Both the position numbers and the translations under genes were made by a program. The notes beneath the pieces are model-generated. The model was not told the DNA's origin. It searched no databases and saw nothing but the letters and a program-made list of their open reading frames with translations. DNA of 63,059 bases, the filler included, from Folioceros fuciformis (taxonomy: Eukaryota), in NCBI GenBank assembly GCA_049999805.1. It is 6 parts of 6 records of this genome, joined end to end, with 100 filler letters (N's around TTAATTAATTAA, not from the genome) between each part and the next. Parts side by side here need not be neighbours in the genome. Positions count along the whole stretch, not along the records: positions 1 to 11,160 come from JBNGIO010005772.1; positions 11,261 to 21,862 come from JBNGIO010005773.1; 4 more parts are not named here. One strand, given 5' to 3'. The first letter of the stretch is position 1. Each line of letters begins with the position of its first letter. Below, one piece after another: positions 1 through 13,546 of this stretch.

Positions 1-563
1 GGAATTCTTACCACTAAACTACAGCCACATGGTTGACAATGCGTGGTAATGTAAAATTATATATACTAAACAAATTCTGTTTCTGGGAAAAAACTTGTAC
101 ATGGTTACCATGTCCATGATGGAAATGTGTCCTGAGTGCACTCCAATACAATTTTTTTTTTCTACCACCACTTGCCCTAGGTTTTCATCCAACCATACCA
201 TGTACCTAGCGCTAGGTGTGTGCAAATTTAGGTCTACATTCACTTATCAGGTACCAAGACTTATGAAGGAAATCCATCCTTAGTGGACTCTAATATAATT
301 CTTCTTTTTCTGTTACCACCATAACTGAGGTTTTTACCTAAACCAATTCTCCACTCAAACCATTGATGCTAAGTGTGTACAAAGATTGGGGTCTACATTT
401 GTTTGTCACTACCAGTATGAACAACACGAGGAGCTGATTTCAGCAAAAATTATAGCATTTTATTTTTCCATGTATTTGAAGTAGTCTTGGGTTTGCAAGA
501 TCAACCCAAGACTTTGAATAGTTACTACATCACTTAGTTCAAATTGAAGGGTCAAACAACAAA

Positions 564-695
564 ATGTGGCATATTTTTAGTGCTACACAAGCTTATACCA
601 ACTCTAGGATCAAGCATCCTACGCTTAGATGATGTAGCATATTTTTAGTGCTGCACAAGTTTATAAGAACTCTAGGATCAAGCATCCTACGCTTA
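564..695. repeat. 68-bp tandem duplication
   Basis: atgtg/agcatatttttagtgct...ctctaggatcaagcatcctacgctta occurs at 564 and 632. Confidence 0.85.
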
Positions 696-1444
696 AATGG
701 GGTGTCTGACTCTAAAGTTTAGTGTAGAGATATGACACATCAATGTACTTTTGTTCAATGCATATGGAGGACCAAGTCATTGCATATGGTGGACCAAGTC
801 TTGTTGAGTGTTCTTTAACCAAGCCTACTAGAACTCACTGTAACAATGAGATGATTGATTGAACTACTACTTGCTACTTAACAAAACCTGATGGTTAAAT
901 GAAGTGAAGGCATAGTTTGATTTAGTGGACCCAATTGAAGCAAACTTAAACTCTCCTTCACTTGAGAAAAATAACTCGAAAGAGTGAGAAAAACCACTAA
1001 AGGTGATCGCACTTGAAATGATGGTTTATACTCTTACATTCTTGTCCACTTATCTATAACTATCTCCACCATCCATCTTTATTTTATAATTTCTATCATT
1101 TATAGATTTTACATCTCAATTTTTTTCAAAACATCAACATTCAAAGTAATGAACCTCTATATATGTTGAAGATGTTTATGTAATATTGTCAAGGAATGAG
1201 AATGCAATAGTTGTGCAAGTTAAAAAAAGGAACATAACTTCTCTTTAAACTCTTGATCCACATTGCAAGTATTCATTTGCTCTTTGTTGGTAATTAGAAG
1301 TTTATTCCTTGCATTATCTAGACATAGCAACTTCATATATATCACTTTGATATATTTGGTTAAGACCAAGTGCCTAATATTTTGTACTTCTCATTCATAG
1401 AGCATATTACCAAGTTAGATCTATCTTCTACAACACGATTTGAA

Positions 1445-2365
1445 ATGATGTCTAATGAGATCATGCTGGACGAGGCTGTGCCTGAGGCCGTGCCTACTAG
1501 GACTATGCCTATTGCAGATGAGATTGTGCTTGAGGCCATGCCTACTAGGACTATGCCTATTGCAGATGAGATTGTGCTTGAAGCCATGCCTACTAGGACT
1601 ATGCTTATTGCAAACGAGACTATGCTTGAGACTGTGCTTGCTAGGACTATGCCTATTACAAACGAGGTTGTGCTTGAGACTGTGCCTACTAGAACTATGC
1701 CTATTGTAGATGAGATTGCGCTTAGGGCCATGCCTACCGGGACTATGCCTACTGCAAATGAGGCTATGCCAGAGGCCCTACCTCCTAGGACTATGCCTAT
1801 TGCAAATGAGATTGTGCTTGAGGCCATGCCTACTGGGACTATGCCTGTTGTAGACGAGGCTATGCCAGAGGCCCTCCCTACTGGGACTATGCCTATTGCA
1901 AATGAGATTGTGCTTGAGGCCATGCCTACTAGGACTATGCCTATTGCACACGAGGCTGTGCCAGAGGCCCTTCCTACTAGGACTATGCCTATTACATATG
2001 AGACTATGCTTGAGGCCATGCCTACTGGGACTATGCCTATTGCAAATGAGGTTGTGCCAGAGGCCATGCTTATCAAGACTAATCCTGAGGAGGATTGTAG
2101 TATATGTTATTTTCCTATGGGAAGGGGTCATGATTCCCTTCTGCAACTCACACCATGTAAACATGAGTTTCACACGAATTGCATAAAAGAGTGGGTAACT
2201 CGTGGGGGACGAACATGTCCCCTTTGTAGAGGATTATTAGACGAGAACGTTTTGTGGCAATATCTTCCTCCAGATTTTACAACTTTCACTATTACATATA
2301 ACACTATTGAAAACATATCAATGGATTCTTTTGAGTTAGCCCATTTTATAGAAACATACCCGTAA
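1445..2365 (+). CDS. RING-H2 (C3H2C3) zinc-finger protein / putative E3 ligase with N-terminal 16-aa tandem repeats
   Basis: Single open frame; first ATG at 1445 (the ORF track start at 1370 is GTG). C-terminal CSIC-x16-CKHEFHTNC-x11-CPLCR matches RING-H2, preceded by about 12.5 copies of MPIANEIVLEAMPTRT. Confidence 0.75.
   Translation: MMSNEIMLDEAVPEAVPTRTMPIADEIVLEAMPTRTMPIADEIVLEAMPTRTMLIANETMLETVLARTMPITNEVVLETVPTRTMPIVDEIALRAMPTGTMPTANEAMPEALPPRTMPIANEIVLEAMPTGTMPVVDEAMPEALPTGTMPIANEIVLEAMPTRTMPIAHEAVPEALPTRTMPITYETMLEAMPTGTMPIANEVVPEAMLIKTNPEEDCSICYFPMGRGHDSLLQLTPCKHEFHTNCIKEWVTRGGRTCPLCRGLLDENVLWQYLPPDFTTFTITYNTIENISMDSFELAHFIETYP
1471..2080 (+). repeat. 48-bp coding tandem repeat, about 12.5 copies
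   Basis: Unit approximately ATGCCTATTGCAAATGAGATTGTGCTTGAGGCCATGCCTACTAGGACT, repeated in frame. Confidence 0.95.
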
Positions 2366-3283
2366 GTTTTATCATCTAAATTCGGGCTGCAGTTAAAATT
2401 GCTTTGATCTTCATTTCCAAAGGAGAACCTCTATGTGTATCTTGAAAATATAATTAATGATGTTGATTATTAGTTAATTGTACTTGACATGGATTGGTGG
2501 TGAAGTGGCAAGACCTAGCAAGCATAGGCCTTGGTTGTAGCTTGTGATAGAGGTTGCTCAAACTAGTGCCATGAAACCAAGGTGAAAGTACATGAACATG
2601 ATGGTCAACATCTGTTTTTGTTGAGAAGTTGCTCTACGAGATAGAAACCCACGATAGACTCAGGATATAATAGTCATTAGAAGTCTTGACAAAATCTTTA
2701 TTTAGTTTAAGTTGCATTATGTGTGTTTATTAGGTTATTCCATCTTTTAAGTCCACATTCAAGCCAAAAAATAGTTTGTGTTGTGAACAATATGTGGCCC
2801 GTTAGTGTTACAACAATTAAAGTGTTGAATGTTTTCTATTAATATGTCAACTTCTATCTAAAGGTCCTTTTAAACTTTCAAGTGCATATTGTTTCAAGGC
2901 ATCTGATGTGTTGTTAGACAGTATAGCCAAGGCATCTTATGTGTTGTTGGACAGTACAGGGCAATATAGGATTGTTTATACAACAAGGAGCATTATTCAT
3001 GACTAGATAACTTTTAAACCAGCCGCCTTGGATGACCGCGCTATGAGTAATGAGATAAAGGTCTAGAATATTACCGTTACTCATTCAGTATTTAGTTAAG
3101 GCTTATATCTTCTTAATATGATAACGTTTGATTATGTGAAAGCCTATTTACATTTTAGGCCTCATTTTAAAGCTAGTTTTCATCCCTACATTGATATGAG
3201 TGGGAGTGATGAAATATATCTAATTTAGGGCACTATTGATTAGGGTGTCTTTACTTAAACATTAATTTAGATCTAGGGCATAA

Positions 3284-6230
3284 TGTAGTTAGTTGTTATA
3301 TTAGTGGCAATTACCTAGTGGTTACAACAACTAATGGTTGTAGCCACTTAACCACTTAACCACCTAGTCTATATAAAGGCTTGTACTCTACACTTTAAAC
3401 TCAATTTGTATTGTAGCACTTTGTGTCTAAGAGCTATTGATTCTCATTAGTGAGCCTATCCCAGTTGTGTAGCCTGCTAATACAACACTTGCAACAGCCA
3501 CGAACGTAGCAGACATCCTTGCATGGCAATGGAAGGACGGAAGGGCCCATTCGATTCTTATTGCTTCCCTTGACAGAAACATGATACTTCATACCTTAGG
3601 TGCTGACACCTCTACTGTTGTGTGGTGTAATTTCAGTTTGATTTACAAAGACAAAAGCAGTGCATCTCAGCTACATGCACATAGGGACTTCTATGGCATG
3701 AAGATGAAGGAAACCGAAACAATGGAGTCTTACATCAATTGGTTTCACACAACATGTGCAACATTATCTTATTGTGGGATGACTCTATCAGAGGCTCAAG
3801 CTGCTACCAGCCTACTTGACTCTTTGCCTGAGAGCTATAGTCATTTAATTAGTTCTCAATTTGCTAGATTTTCTTCCGCAATTGCTAAAGGTTTACTAGC
3901 ATTGAGTTTGGAGGAATTGTCGGGTGCACTATTAGCTGAGGAGCGCACCAAGGGTTTCCATAATACCAAGCAAGGAACACAACAGAGTTCTAGAGTTCTC
4001 TTCTCTAGTCATGGCAAAGGGAGGTTTCAAGGCTGAGGTCGTGGTGGACCAGAACATGGAGGTTACTCTATACTGAAGCAGCCAAATTTGCAAAGGAAGA
4101 CATTCACATGTAATTGGTGCAAAATTCCAGACATTATAAGAAGAATAGCCGAAAGAAAAAGGCTAGTGAATCGAGAAAGGAGGCAGCAATTGCTAAGTTT
4201 AATTTAGCTACTGGGCAGACTTCCTCTTTTCCCAAAACTCTTTCCATTTTAGTTGTCCATTTATCTTTTGTACAAATTTAACTTGACATGTGGTTCTTAG
4301 ACTCAGGGGCAACTAGCCACATGTGTCAAGATCAACATGCTTTCACTGATTTCATCTTGGCTTATGATTCCCATCAATTTGTGTAGCTAGGGGATGATAG
4401 TGGTCTCGCCATCAAGGGTTTTGGTTTAACCATTTAGAATTACCAACCTACAATACCTTGACACTTTCAAGTGTGCTCTTTGTCCCAGCCATGACCAAGA
4501 ACTTAATGTTAGTCATGGAGTTGTATGAAGAGCACTCATGTAGAATCTTTTTTGACCAGACTAGTTGTTCTATTTTTGACATACAGAGTTGGAATGAAAT
4601 GTTCTTGGGCACCCCATTTAATGATTTGTACTTGTTGAATGTTAGGACTCTCCCACAATAGCAGTCCGTGAATGTTAGCCATCACCCTTCTCTATCTCCT
4701 ACCCAACTCTGGCACTGCAAATTAGGGCACGTAGACTTTCATCGTCTATCCACTTTAGTAAAAAACACAATTTTTAGGGATCAATTGCCTATTGCCTTGA
4801 TACCCAAGCTTTTTGTGATTCATGCCAGCTTAGCAAAGCCATCTCACAGTCATTAAAAGATCAAAATCTCTCACAAGCTCCTTCTCTATTACACATTGAG
4901 CATCTTTTGGTGGAGCTTCATATTTCCTCACCTTTCTTGAAGAATGGAGTCAATATTGTACAATTGATGTCCTTCATAGCAAGAGTGACACCCTCTCTCG
5001 TTTTCAAGATTTCATCACCATGGCCCAATGTTTGATTGGGTACAAGCTTAAGATTATCAGAACTGACAATGGTGGAGAGTACACCAGCCATGCCTTTTCT
5101 GATTTCCTTGCAACAGAGGGAGTAGTTCATCAGTTTACTATACCTTACACTTCAGCACAAAATGCTTTTGCTAAGCGGAAGAACAAGACACTTTAGAAAG
5201 CAACACTAAATTTATCCTTTGCTAGGCTTACTCGTGAATACTAAGCGGAAGCTCTTGTTTCAGCCAACTATGTCCAGAACTAATTGCCCACCAAAGAACT
5301 AGGAGCCATCACACATTACGAACATTGGACAAGCAAGAAGCCTCGTATCACTCACTTACAGATATTTGACTGTCTTCCATATGCTTTTGTTCCTTCTCAA
5401 CTGCGAAGTAAGCTGGACCCAAAGGTAGTTCGTCGGATTTTTGTTGGATATGGTGAAGTTGTGAAGGGTTATACCCTGTTTGATCTGAGCACTCAGTAGA
5501 TTACTTATTCTCGTAGTGTTATTTTCCTTGAGAATGCTTTGCTCCGACAACATGACAGTTTGCTATCTCTTGCTTCCTTGCCTGGCCTTGTTTCCATTTA
5601 TGCTGTAAATGATGAAGCTGATTTTCCTATTGACTAGGATACTGATGTCTCTAATTTTTATTTTGAAGATTCCCCTGTGAGTTCATCTTCTCCAGTTTCC
5701 CAAGGAATACATTGTCGTCTCAATCTTCTACGTCCGACAAGTTGACTAGACTCTAAACCCTTCTCTTGTTGTTGAACCTATAGAAGTTGACCTCTTAGTG
5801 CCATCAGAAGAAGCCATCCCTTTTGTGGAACCTCCTCNNNNNNNNNNNNNNNNNNNNNNNNNNNNNNNNNNNNNNNNNNNNNNNNNNNNNNNNNNNNNNN
5901 NNNNNNNNNNNNNNNNNNNNNNNNNNNNNNNNNNNNNAACCTCCTCTCTGAGCTACCTCAGAACCTGAAGTTGTATTAGAAGTAGTGCCAGCTGTAGATG
6001 ATGCTTCTAATTCTGAAGAAGTAGTTCCCCTTAGACGTTCCATTTGTCTTCGTAGACCTATGCATGAGTGGTTTGATACTTCTTTCCAAGTTGGACTCTT
6101 TTTCATAGACCTATGCATGAGTGGTTTGATACTTCTTTCCAAGTTGGACTCTTCTTCATAGACCTATGCAAAAGTGGTTTGATACTTCTTTCCAAGTTGG
6201 ACTCTTCTTCATAGACCTATGCATGAGTGG
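3284..6230 (+). mobile_element. Degenerate Ty1/Copia LTR retrotransposon (gag, zinc knuckle, protease, integrase), truncated by a LINE insertion
   Basis: Gag/UBN2-like ORF 3581-4036 (ETMESYI...LLDSLPESY); protease WFLDSGATSHMC near 4290; GAG-pre-integrase LWHCKLGH near 4710; integrase RTDNGGEY near 5060 and RSKLDPK...IFVGY near 5410. Many stops and frameshifts. LTR-like TATA-bearing segment at about 3284-3490. Confidence 0.85.
6053..6230. repeat. 53-bp tandem repeat, about 3.3 copies
   Basis: tagacctatgcatgagtggtttgatacttctttccaagttggactcttcttca at 6053, 6106 and 6159, plus a partial copy at 6212. Confidence 0.9.
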
Positions 6231-9200
6231 TTTTTTTTTTTTTTTTTTTCCTCACGAAGAAAAAATCTGATTACTCACAGCTTAGGCTGCATGAATGGTC
6301 CAACGGTAACGAATGCAAATGAATGAGGAGTAGCCTATAAACTACCTCTAAGCTGCAAGAACAAGCACATCTGATCTACCCTGCGGCCGAGGACTACCCG
6401 GCCTTATGGGTCTTGCCTGCCCCACGGACAGGAGTGGTCCCACTGGCCATTGTGCCGGAGGAAACCTACTAATTTCCACTCTTTTCGTCAGAACTTAGTG
6501 GGAGTGGAAGTTTGAATGCCTTCCGTGACCACAAGGACCTGTTCCCAAATGCGCCATAACAGAGCTTTTCTAGAAGCTGGATCACTCCCTCCATAGACCA
6601 TTGCTGTCCAATTTTGCCACAAGGAGAAAAGAGACAAGGACCACACCACTTCCCACCATTGATACTGAAGTAGTGGCCCTCCGGACTGCCCATCCAGCCC
6701 GAATAAGGCAGCTTGCTCGGAAACCAAGATGGTTCTCTCAGGGAGAATTCTTTATAACTACCAACCAACTTCGTTCCGAATGCCTTGCGCATAGACGCGC
6801 TAAAAGAAGATATGTTGACTTTTGTACGAGGCACCAACTCTGCATAGCTTGCAACATTCCTCCCCCGTAGCCACCAACAGCCCATCCCAGCAGACTACGT
6901 TAGGCAAGCAAGCTTGAAAGAAACACCAGATGGTTACCCTCACCTTGGGGGGGATCCCTAAGGTCGACCATAAGAGTTTGATCGTTGTTCTTTGCCGACG
7001 CTGGGAAAGCCTCAAACTAGGTGCCAGTCGACTTCGCTGAAGAGATTTTCGTGCACGTACTAGGCGGTGGTAAATGGCTGCCGATGGAAAGTTGAAGAGG
7101 GATTTCACTGTTGCCTGCTTACTTCCTGCACTCCCTGGCCATATATAGAGGTCGGGATGCATCACTAGCTCTTAATTCTCTTTCAAGTAAAACCAACACC
7201 TTACAGGACTTGGTTGCAGGGCCTGTTTCCTATTGCCTTGTTCCTCTTGTGTAAGCCAGTGACCTGCCCGCCTGGCCTTGTAGAGCGTAGTGATCCCTCT
7301 CACGGCCACACCACCGATCGCACCTTCCTCTCTACCTCTCTCCTCCAGAAGGCCCTATGTGTTCAGTGTCCTATAGGAGAGGTTCCCTTTATCATCTGTC
7401 AGTGATGACACAAGCGCCGTTCTGTCGAAGTCTAGAAGGGGCACATCCAGCTCTTGGTCGGAGCCACAAGACCTATCTTCCATGGGGTACGCGCCCCACA
7501 TATTGATGCCCACTTGGGCCTCTTGTAGTAGCGCTCTTTTCACCTCCTCTGCCATCCCTTCCTGAAGCCAAGACAACATAAGTCTCACATGTCTTAAGGA
7601 AGCCCCAAACTCTTCTCGCATCTCCTCCGCTGTTTTCCAACCATCCTCTCTTTGGTTCTACAAGTGTCCGAGTTGCACAATGCCTCTTCTACTAGCGGAA
7701 CTGAAGATCTGGGACTGGTACACCAAAGGACGGAAGTCCTGAGACCACAGCCCCTTAAAGCCTTGGAGAGGGAGGCCCAGCACATCATCCATGTTCCTAG
7801 GCTTGGCTAGGATAAGGAAGGTTTTAACCTCCAAGAAGCTGGGCCAGATTGAGGCCCAGAGCGGGGAGCAGTCCCTGGTGTCCAACAGAGGCCTATCCGT
7901 CAAGAGGTTATCCATAGACCTCCACCCTCGGGCAACCGCTTGAATTTTCTGTAAGTGCTGGGTTAACCAGCTTTTCCAAGGGTAACTCGTTGGGCCAACT
8001 GCCTTTAGAACCCATTGCGCATTTAGAATCTTCATTTTACTCGTGGGGTCTACCAGCCCTAGCCCACCTAAGCTCTTGCTCTGAATAATATGTTGCCACG
8101 CCACCTTATGGGAAGAAGAGAGCAGCTCCTTAGACTTGCTCCATAAGAAGTTAGAAATAATCTATTGCAATCGCCTCAGATCCTCCTTGCTAGGAGCCCA
8201 TAAGAATAGGTAGTACCACAGGGAAGTGGTTAAGATATGGTTTATAACCACAATTTTGCCTGCCAGACTAAGGTCCAAGAGGCATAAGCTGGTAGCTTTC
8301 CGAATAAACCGAAGACAAAAAAATTTACCAATTTCCGCATTCTCATCTTCTTCCTGGAATGGCAGGCCNNNNNNNNNNNNNNNNNNNNNNNNNNNNNNNN
8401 NNNNNNNNNNNNNNNNNNNNNNNNNNNNNNNNNNNNNNNNNNNNNNNNNNNNNNNNNNNNNNNNNNNNTATCAGCACATCATCCTAGTCTTACTCCAATT
8501 CACCTTACATCCTGATAGCTGCCCAAAAATCTGTACCTGAGAAAGCAGGGCTGTTAAGGAAGTCGAATCTGCCGATGAGAAAAGCATGGTGTCGTCAGCA
8601 AATGCTGAGATACGCAGCTGCGAGCCATCGGGAGTTTGAATGCCTTCTATCCTTGAGTCCTGTTTGACTGCTCGTAAGAGAAAGTCAGTCACGATGATGA
8701 ACAGGAACGGGGCCACAGGGCAACCTTGCCTAACTGAATGCGTACTATCAAACCTGTTGGTAAAGGAGCCATTGGCAAAGACCATTGCGCCTGCATCCTC
8801 ACAGAGAACTGCAATCCACCTGCAGAAGTTGTTGCCAAACCCAAAGCTTCGCAGGCATCTCCAGAGGAAGTGCCACTCAACAGAGTTATAAGCCTTGTAG
8901 ACATCTAAGGAAATGAACACTGCTGGTTTGTGATGAGACAGAGCATTAAACTTAGCCTCACGCAAAAGCAGCAGGTTATCTAGAATACACCTGTTCTGGA
9001 TAAAATCCCGTTGCTCCACCTCCAGCCACTCGTCCAAAAGGGCTTGAGCCTGTTTGTTAAGACTTTAGCAATCACTTTGTAAGTAGTTGTAAGCAGTGTG
9101 ATGGGTCGCCAATTAGCAATGGAGAGACTAGCACCCTGTTTTGGTAAAAGGGAGATGAGGCCAAGGTTAAACCATGGACCCATACTACCTTCCTCCCAGA

Positions 9201-10500
9201 TCGTATTGACTACCTCCATGAAAAGCGGACTCATAAACTCCCAACCCTAGGCCAGAAATTTGGGGGGAATTCCGTCGTGCCCTGGGGATTTATTCCGCGG
9301 CATCTCCTTCAGTGCTTGAGCCACTTCAGCCGCTATGATAGGTTTGTCAAGAACACTGCGTTGCACCTCTGTCAATTTGGCAAGAAACTGACCATAGGAT
9401 GAGCTCCAGAGATCCTCCCACCCTGCCAACTTCCCGAGACTTGCAAATATCCCTACATAAAAACAGGTGATCAGATTTTTCAAGCCACTGAGGGAATCTT
9501 GCCTGATGCCCTGACCGTCCGGTAGAGTAGATATTCTTGACTTGTGCCGATTCGCTGCCACCTTGTCGAAGAAGGATTTAGAGGGGCAATCTCCTGCTTG
9601 CACCCATTTAACTTTAGCCCGTTTGTACCATCCCCTGGCTCTATCCTCTTCTAGCCTTGTGAGCTTGCCTTGTATTTCATGGAGCCGACCCTTCTCCTCG
9701 CAAGTATGCGCTCGCACTTCTCCTGCTCTTTGGACGAAACCCAACTCATCCCAAAGGAAGTCCTCTGTCTGACTTTTCTCCTTCTTGTACCATGAACCTA
9801 GTCTCCTCAGGAAATTGGTGGCTTCGGTATTCGCACTCATAAGCCTCTGCACAGCCGACTCATCACCTTGTTCTATTCCTTGCCATAGATCCTTGATGTG
9901 CTCATACACACCCTCTTCCGCTAAAAGGAAGGTGTTCATCCAAAATCCTCTCTAGTCCCTTTTGTGCCAAAGGTCTCCGGGGGAGAGCTGCAGATGCAAG
10001 CTAATCGGGTGGTGGTCTAATAGCATTGTACCCACAAGGATACCATATTCCTGCACAAATGGTAGCCACTCTATGGGAACATAGAACCTATCCAGCCTTC
10101 GAGCCCCATAAGAAGCCTGCTGTTGTTTGGACCAGCTGAACATGAGCGAGTCTTGATGGCGGTGTGCTGGAAGAGCCAGCCACGGGTCTTGCACATTCAG
10201 AGCAATGTCCCTCAACTCCTGCCACGACAAGGGAACCCTCCGTATGTCAACCTCACTGACCCCTTGGATGTCTTCACGCCTCTCCACAAAATTGAAGTTG
10301 CCCGCCATCATCCAGGGTATTTGGTCACTCAAATGCTCACCAAGTCAACCCCACAGGAGATTCCTCTCCGACCCAGTATTAGGAGCATAGATGTTGCAAA
10401 TACCCAGGGGGCCTTGAGCAGTCTGCAACTCCACCCAGACAAATCTACCCATTTCGTCTTGCCAAATCTACCCATTGTTGGATATGTTTATTCGGCCCTC
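6231..10500 (-). mobile_element. L1/Tx1-type LINE ORF2 (APE endonuclease, reverse transcriptase, zf-RVT-like region), degenerate and 5'-truncated
   Basis: T19 at 6231-6249 is the poly(A) tail. Minus-strand fragments: WMMAGNFN...RRLDRFY...LDHHPI (APE); KSPGHDG; WRPITLL...YKVIAKVL; SVRQGCPVAPFLF; SAFADDT (RT); KSLGGLGL; IPPKVRVTIW. Confidence 0.92.
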
Positions 10501-11771
10501 TTTATATAGGGTTAAATTCTATACCTAGCTTAAATGTAAGTAGTTAGGGTTAGAAGTCGTTTTTCACGAATAACTGTCGAGTCACCGTGCGTGCACAAAA
10601 ACCTACCAAGAACTATTGTGTGTGTGGTTTTCTTTTAGTGCAACTTTGTATTGTGTGTACGGTTGTGCTAATCGCGTCATGGTATCACAGCCAATCTAAT
10701 GGCTCTTGGACCAGGATGGATGCTACAACTGAGATTGGGCGCCTCGCCTACCTTATGTTGCTGATGTGTCCATACCTGGCCCATTTTTTAGCCCACCATC
10801 ACGCACAACAGGATCCGTCAGTTTGGGAGAAGTTGTATGTGTTCTTGCTGTGTCAGGAAGTTGATTGTGACAGGTGAGTGCGCACCTTCTCTATGCGGAG
10901 GAGAATTCGGTTGGCGTGGCGGTGTTGCTCTCGATCTTGACCTGCGCAGAAATTTCAAGGGAAAGGCTGAGGATGTTAAACTTAACTGCAAATAAAGGAA
11001 CAGGGGCAGGTGTTCCTGGTTCTTAAGATGGCTCAACGTTATCGTTCTGGTAGGCGCAACCAGAGAAGTTTTTCCCAGCCTGTTCCCCCTTATGAAGTGA
11101 CCAACATTCCAGTGACACGTGATAGGTGTACCCAACCACAGAGAACCGCAAACTTTGCTCNNNNNNNNNNNNNNNNNNNNNNNNNNNNNNNNNNNNNNNN
11201 NNNNTTAATTAATTAANNNNNNNNNNNNNNNNNNNNNNNNNNNNNNNNNNNNNNNNNNNNATTTCGTCCAGGCCAAGATGGAATTCCGAGCTCTTGCTGT
11301 TTCACAGAACTCGGAAGATGGCGGTGAGAAAACACAGCTGTGTGGAAGTGCCGAGGGTAAGGGCACGGGCGAAAGGGCAAGGTCTCGTGCTGACGACGCG
11401 CACATCCATCCGCCCGCCTGCATTGACCTGCTCATCCCGTGCATGTGGCCAACTCCCTGCACTCGAGGTTGGAATGGCTTAGAATGGTAAAAAATGATAT
11501 GCCAGATACCCACGTACCCGCTATGTGTGATGGAAGATGCAATGGACAACAAATGCAAAGCTTTGCATGTCATTAGGGTGGTTTTACACTATGCGGTCAT
11601 GTCAGTGCCATGCAACCTCTGACGACCGCCGACTTGCCTCTGGCAATGCTGAAAATTGTCAGCGGGTGCCGCGCGCGCAAGGTGACCGCTCCATATTTGC
11701 TCGGTGCGACCGCCGGTTTTCTTTTTTCACCTTGTGGTAGATTCCTTCACCACAAGCGATCCTCTCACCAC

Positions 11772-12027
11772 CTCCCATATGAGTTTCATTTCATCAGAAT
11801 GCTNNNNNNNNNNNNNNNNNNNNNNNNNNNNNNNNNNNNNNNNNNNNNNNNNNNNNNNNNNNNNNNNNNNNNNNNNNNNNNNNNNNNNNNNNNNNNNNNN
11901 NNNTCTAGCGTTCCCATATGAGTTCCATTTCATCAGAATGCTTCTAGCGTTCCCATATGAGTTCCATTTCATCAGAATGCTTCTAGCGTTCCCATATGAG
12001 TTCCATTTCATCAGAATGCTTCTAGCG
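11772..12027. repeat. 39-bp tandem repeat spanning an assembly gap
   Basis: Unit tctagcgttcccatatgagttccatttcatcagaatgct, at least 4 copies with no spacers. Confidence 0.9.
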
Positions 12028-12264
12028 TGCATTCGATCTATACTGCCCTTACGCTGAATACCTGAACAGCAATGCCGCAAACGTAGCACCTAACCAGCAT
12101 TGCCTTCGCACACGTCCTTGGGGTTCACGAGTTGCGGGCTTGCAAGACTTGCCACCACTTCTCAGCCTGGACTTTGTGCGTATATTGTGCTATTCTTGTG
12201 CCATTTGGATTTTTGTTGTGTCCTATAACCTGCTGACCCTGTGTGTCCGTGTGTCTTGCAGCAA

Positions 12265-13546
12265 ATGGGCCGGGACCAAATTGAAGTCGCACTTACCGCT
12301 TACATTCTGATGGAGCTTGCGGACTTAACATTAACAAATACCGTCCTTGTCTCATGTGCTGTCCTCTTAGCATGTATTGTGAAGAGGAATATTCCTATCC
12401 AAAAGCCTTCCAAGAAACGAAAATTTGCTTGGACGGTCAAGCGCCATCAGGGGTATATGGAACAACAGCTATTGTTCTCATTTTCAGATAGAATGTTTCA
12501 ACAACGTCTTCGTGTACACCGGAGCACATTTCAGTACATTTGTGATGAAGTGGGGCCGTCTCTATTCACAGCCGATACCCAGTTCCGCAAAGTGGTTCCA
12601 GTAGAGGTGAAAGTGGCAATGGCTCTTTACCAGTTGGCTTCTGGTGATAAGCTTCAGACAATTGGTGACTTGTTTGGGTATAGCACGTCTAATGTTGGAA
12701 ATAATGTGCATGGCTTTTGCGCTGCTCTTGTCACTAAATTGCACACAATTTATATTTCCTGGCCTAGCCTTGACATGCAGTGCAAGTACTTTCAAGCGTT
12801 TGAAGCACTACAAGGTATCCCTTTTGTGGTTGGTTGCGGTCGATGGCTCTCATATCCCCATTCTTGGGCCATCATATGCCAAGGCAGATTACTATAATCG
12901 AAAAGGTTTTAACTCGCAGCTGCTCCAACTTACTCTCACTACAAAATGCATTATTTGGGATTACGATTTTGGTTGGGTAGGTAATCTGAATGACTGAAAT
13001 TTATTTAAGAGAACAAGGTTGGGTCGTAACTGTGAAAGAGGCATGCTACGCCACTACAATTTGGTTGGTGATGCAGGGTACTGACCTAGATTGTATTTGC
13101 TGACTTCTTTCCGTGGTTCTCATGATGGCTTGACACCTTTGCAAATCCATTGGAACTATGCACAGAGTAGCACTCACATGGCGATGGAACGAGCTTTTGG
13201 CATCCTGAAGGCACGACTAAGATGCTCTTTGAAGCGCCTAGATATTAGCATTGCAAATGTGCCCAGGGTAGTCCAAGCCTATTTATTACTACACAACATC
13301 TGTATTATACATAAAGATATATTTCATGAAGAATGGCTGCAGGAAGCTGCTATAGAGTGTGAACTGCAATTGGGTGTGGAGAGTACATATACTGATAATT
13401 CACAAAGGCAAGCAGCGTTAGCAGCACAGGATGCTTTAGCTTTGCTGCACCAGGTTCGATTGGATACAAGGCATCCACCGAAGGAGGATACCATGTCACC
13501 CTTTAATAGAGCTGAATTTGACACAGGGGGTATAAGGAAGGAATGA
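12265..13546 (+). pseudogene. PIF/Harbinger DDE transposase (HARBI1-like), disrupted
   Basis: FQQRLRVHRSTF, VAMALYQLASG, AVDGSHIPI, YYNRKGF, LVGDAGY and AMERAFGILKARL supply the D-D-E triad. Frameshift near 12835 and stops near 12995 and 13082. Confidence 0.9.

Noticed and set aside
19-410. Diverged ~160-bp duplication with short ORFs at the window start
   Set aside because: Too degenerate and truncated to assign.
1360-2076. 238-aa hydrophobic minus-strand ORF
   Set aside because: Antisense reading of the 48-bp repeat; the plus frame carries the RING domain.
11161-11260. TTAATTAATTAA palindrome recurring five times
   Set aside because: Always centred in exactly 88 Ns; an assembly spacer, not a biological motif.
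11772-12027. 39-bp, 36-bp (25341) and 56-bp (53340) repeats as CRISPR-like arrays
   Set aside because: Head-to-tail with no unique spacers, no cas genes, and a eukaryotic context.
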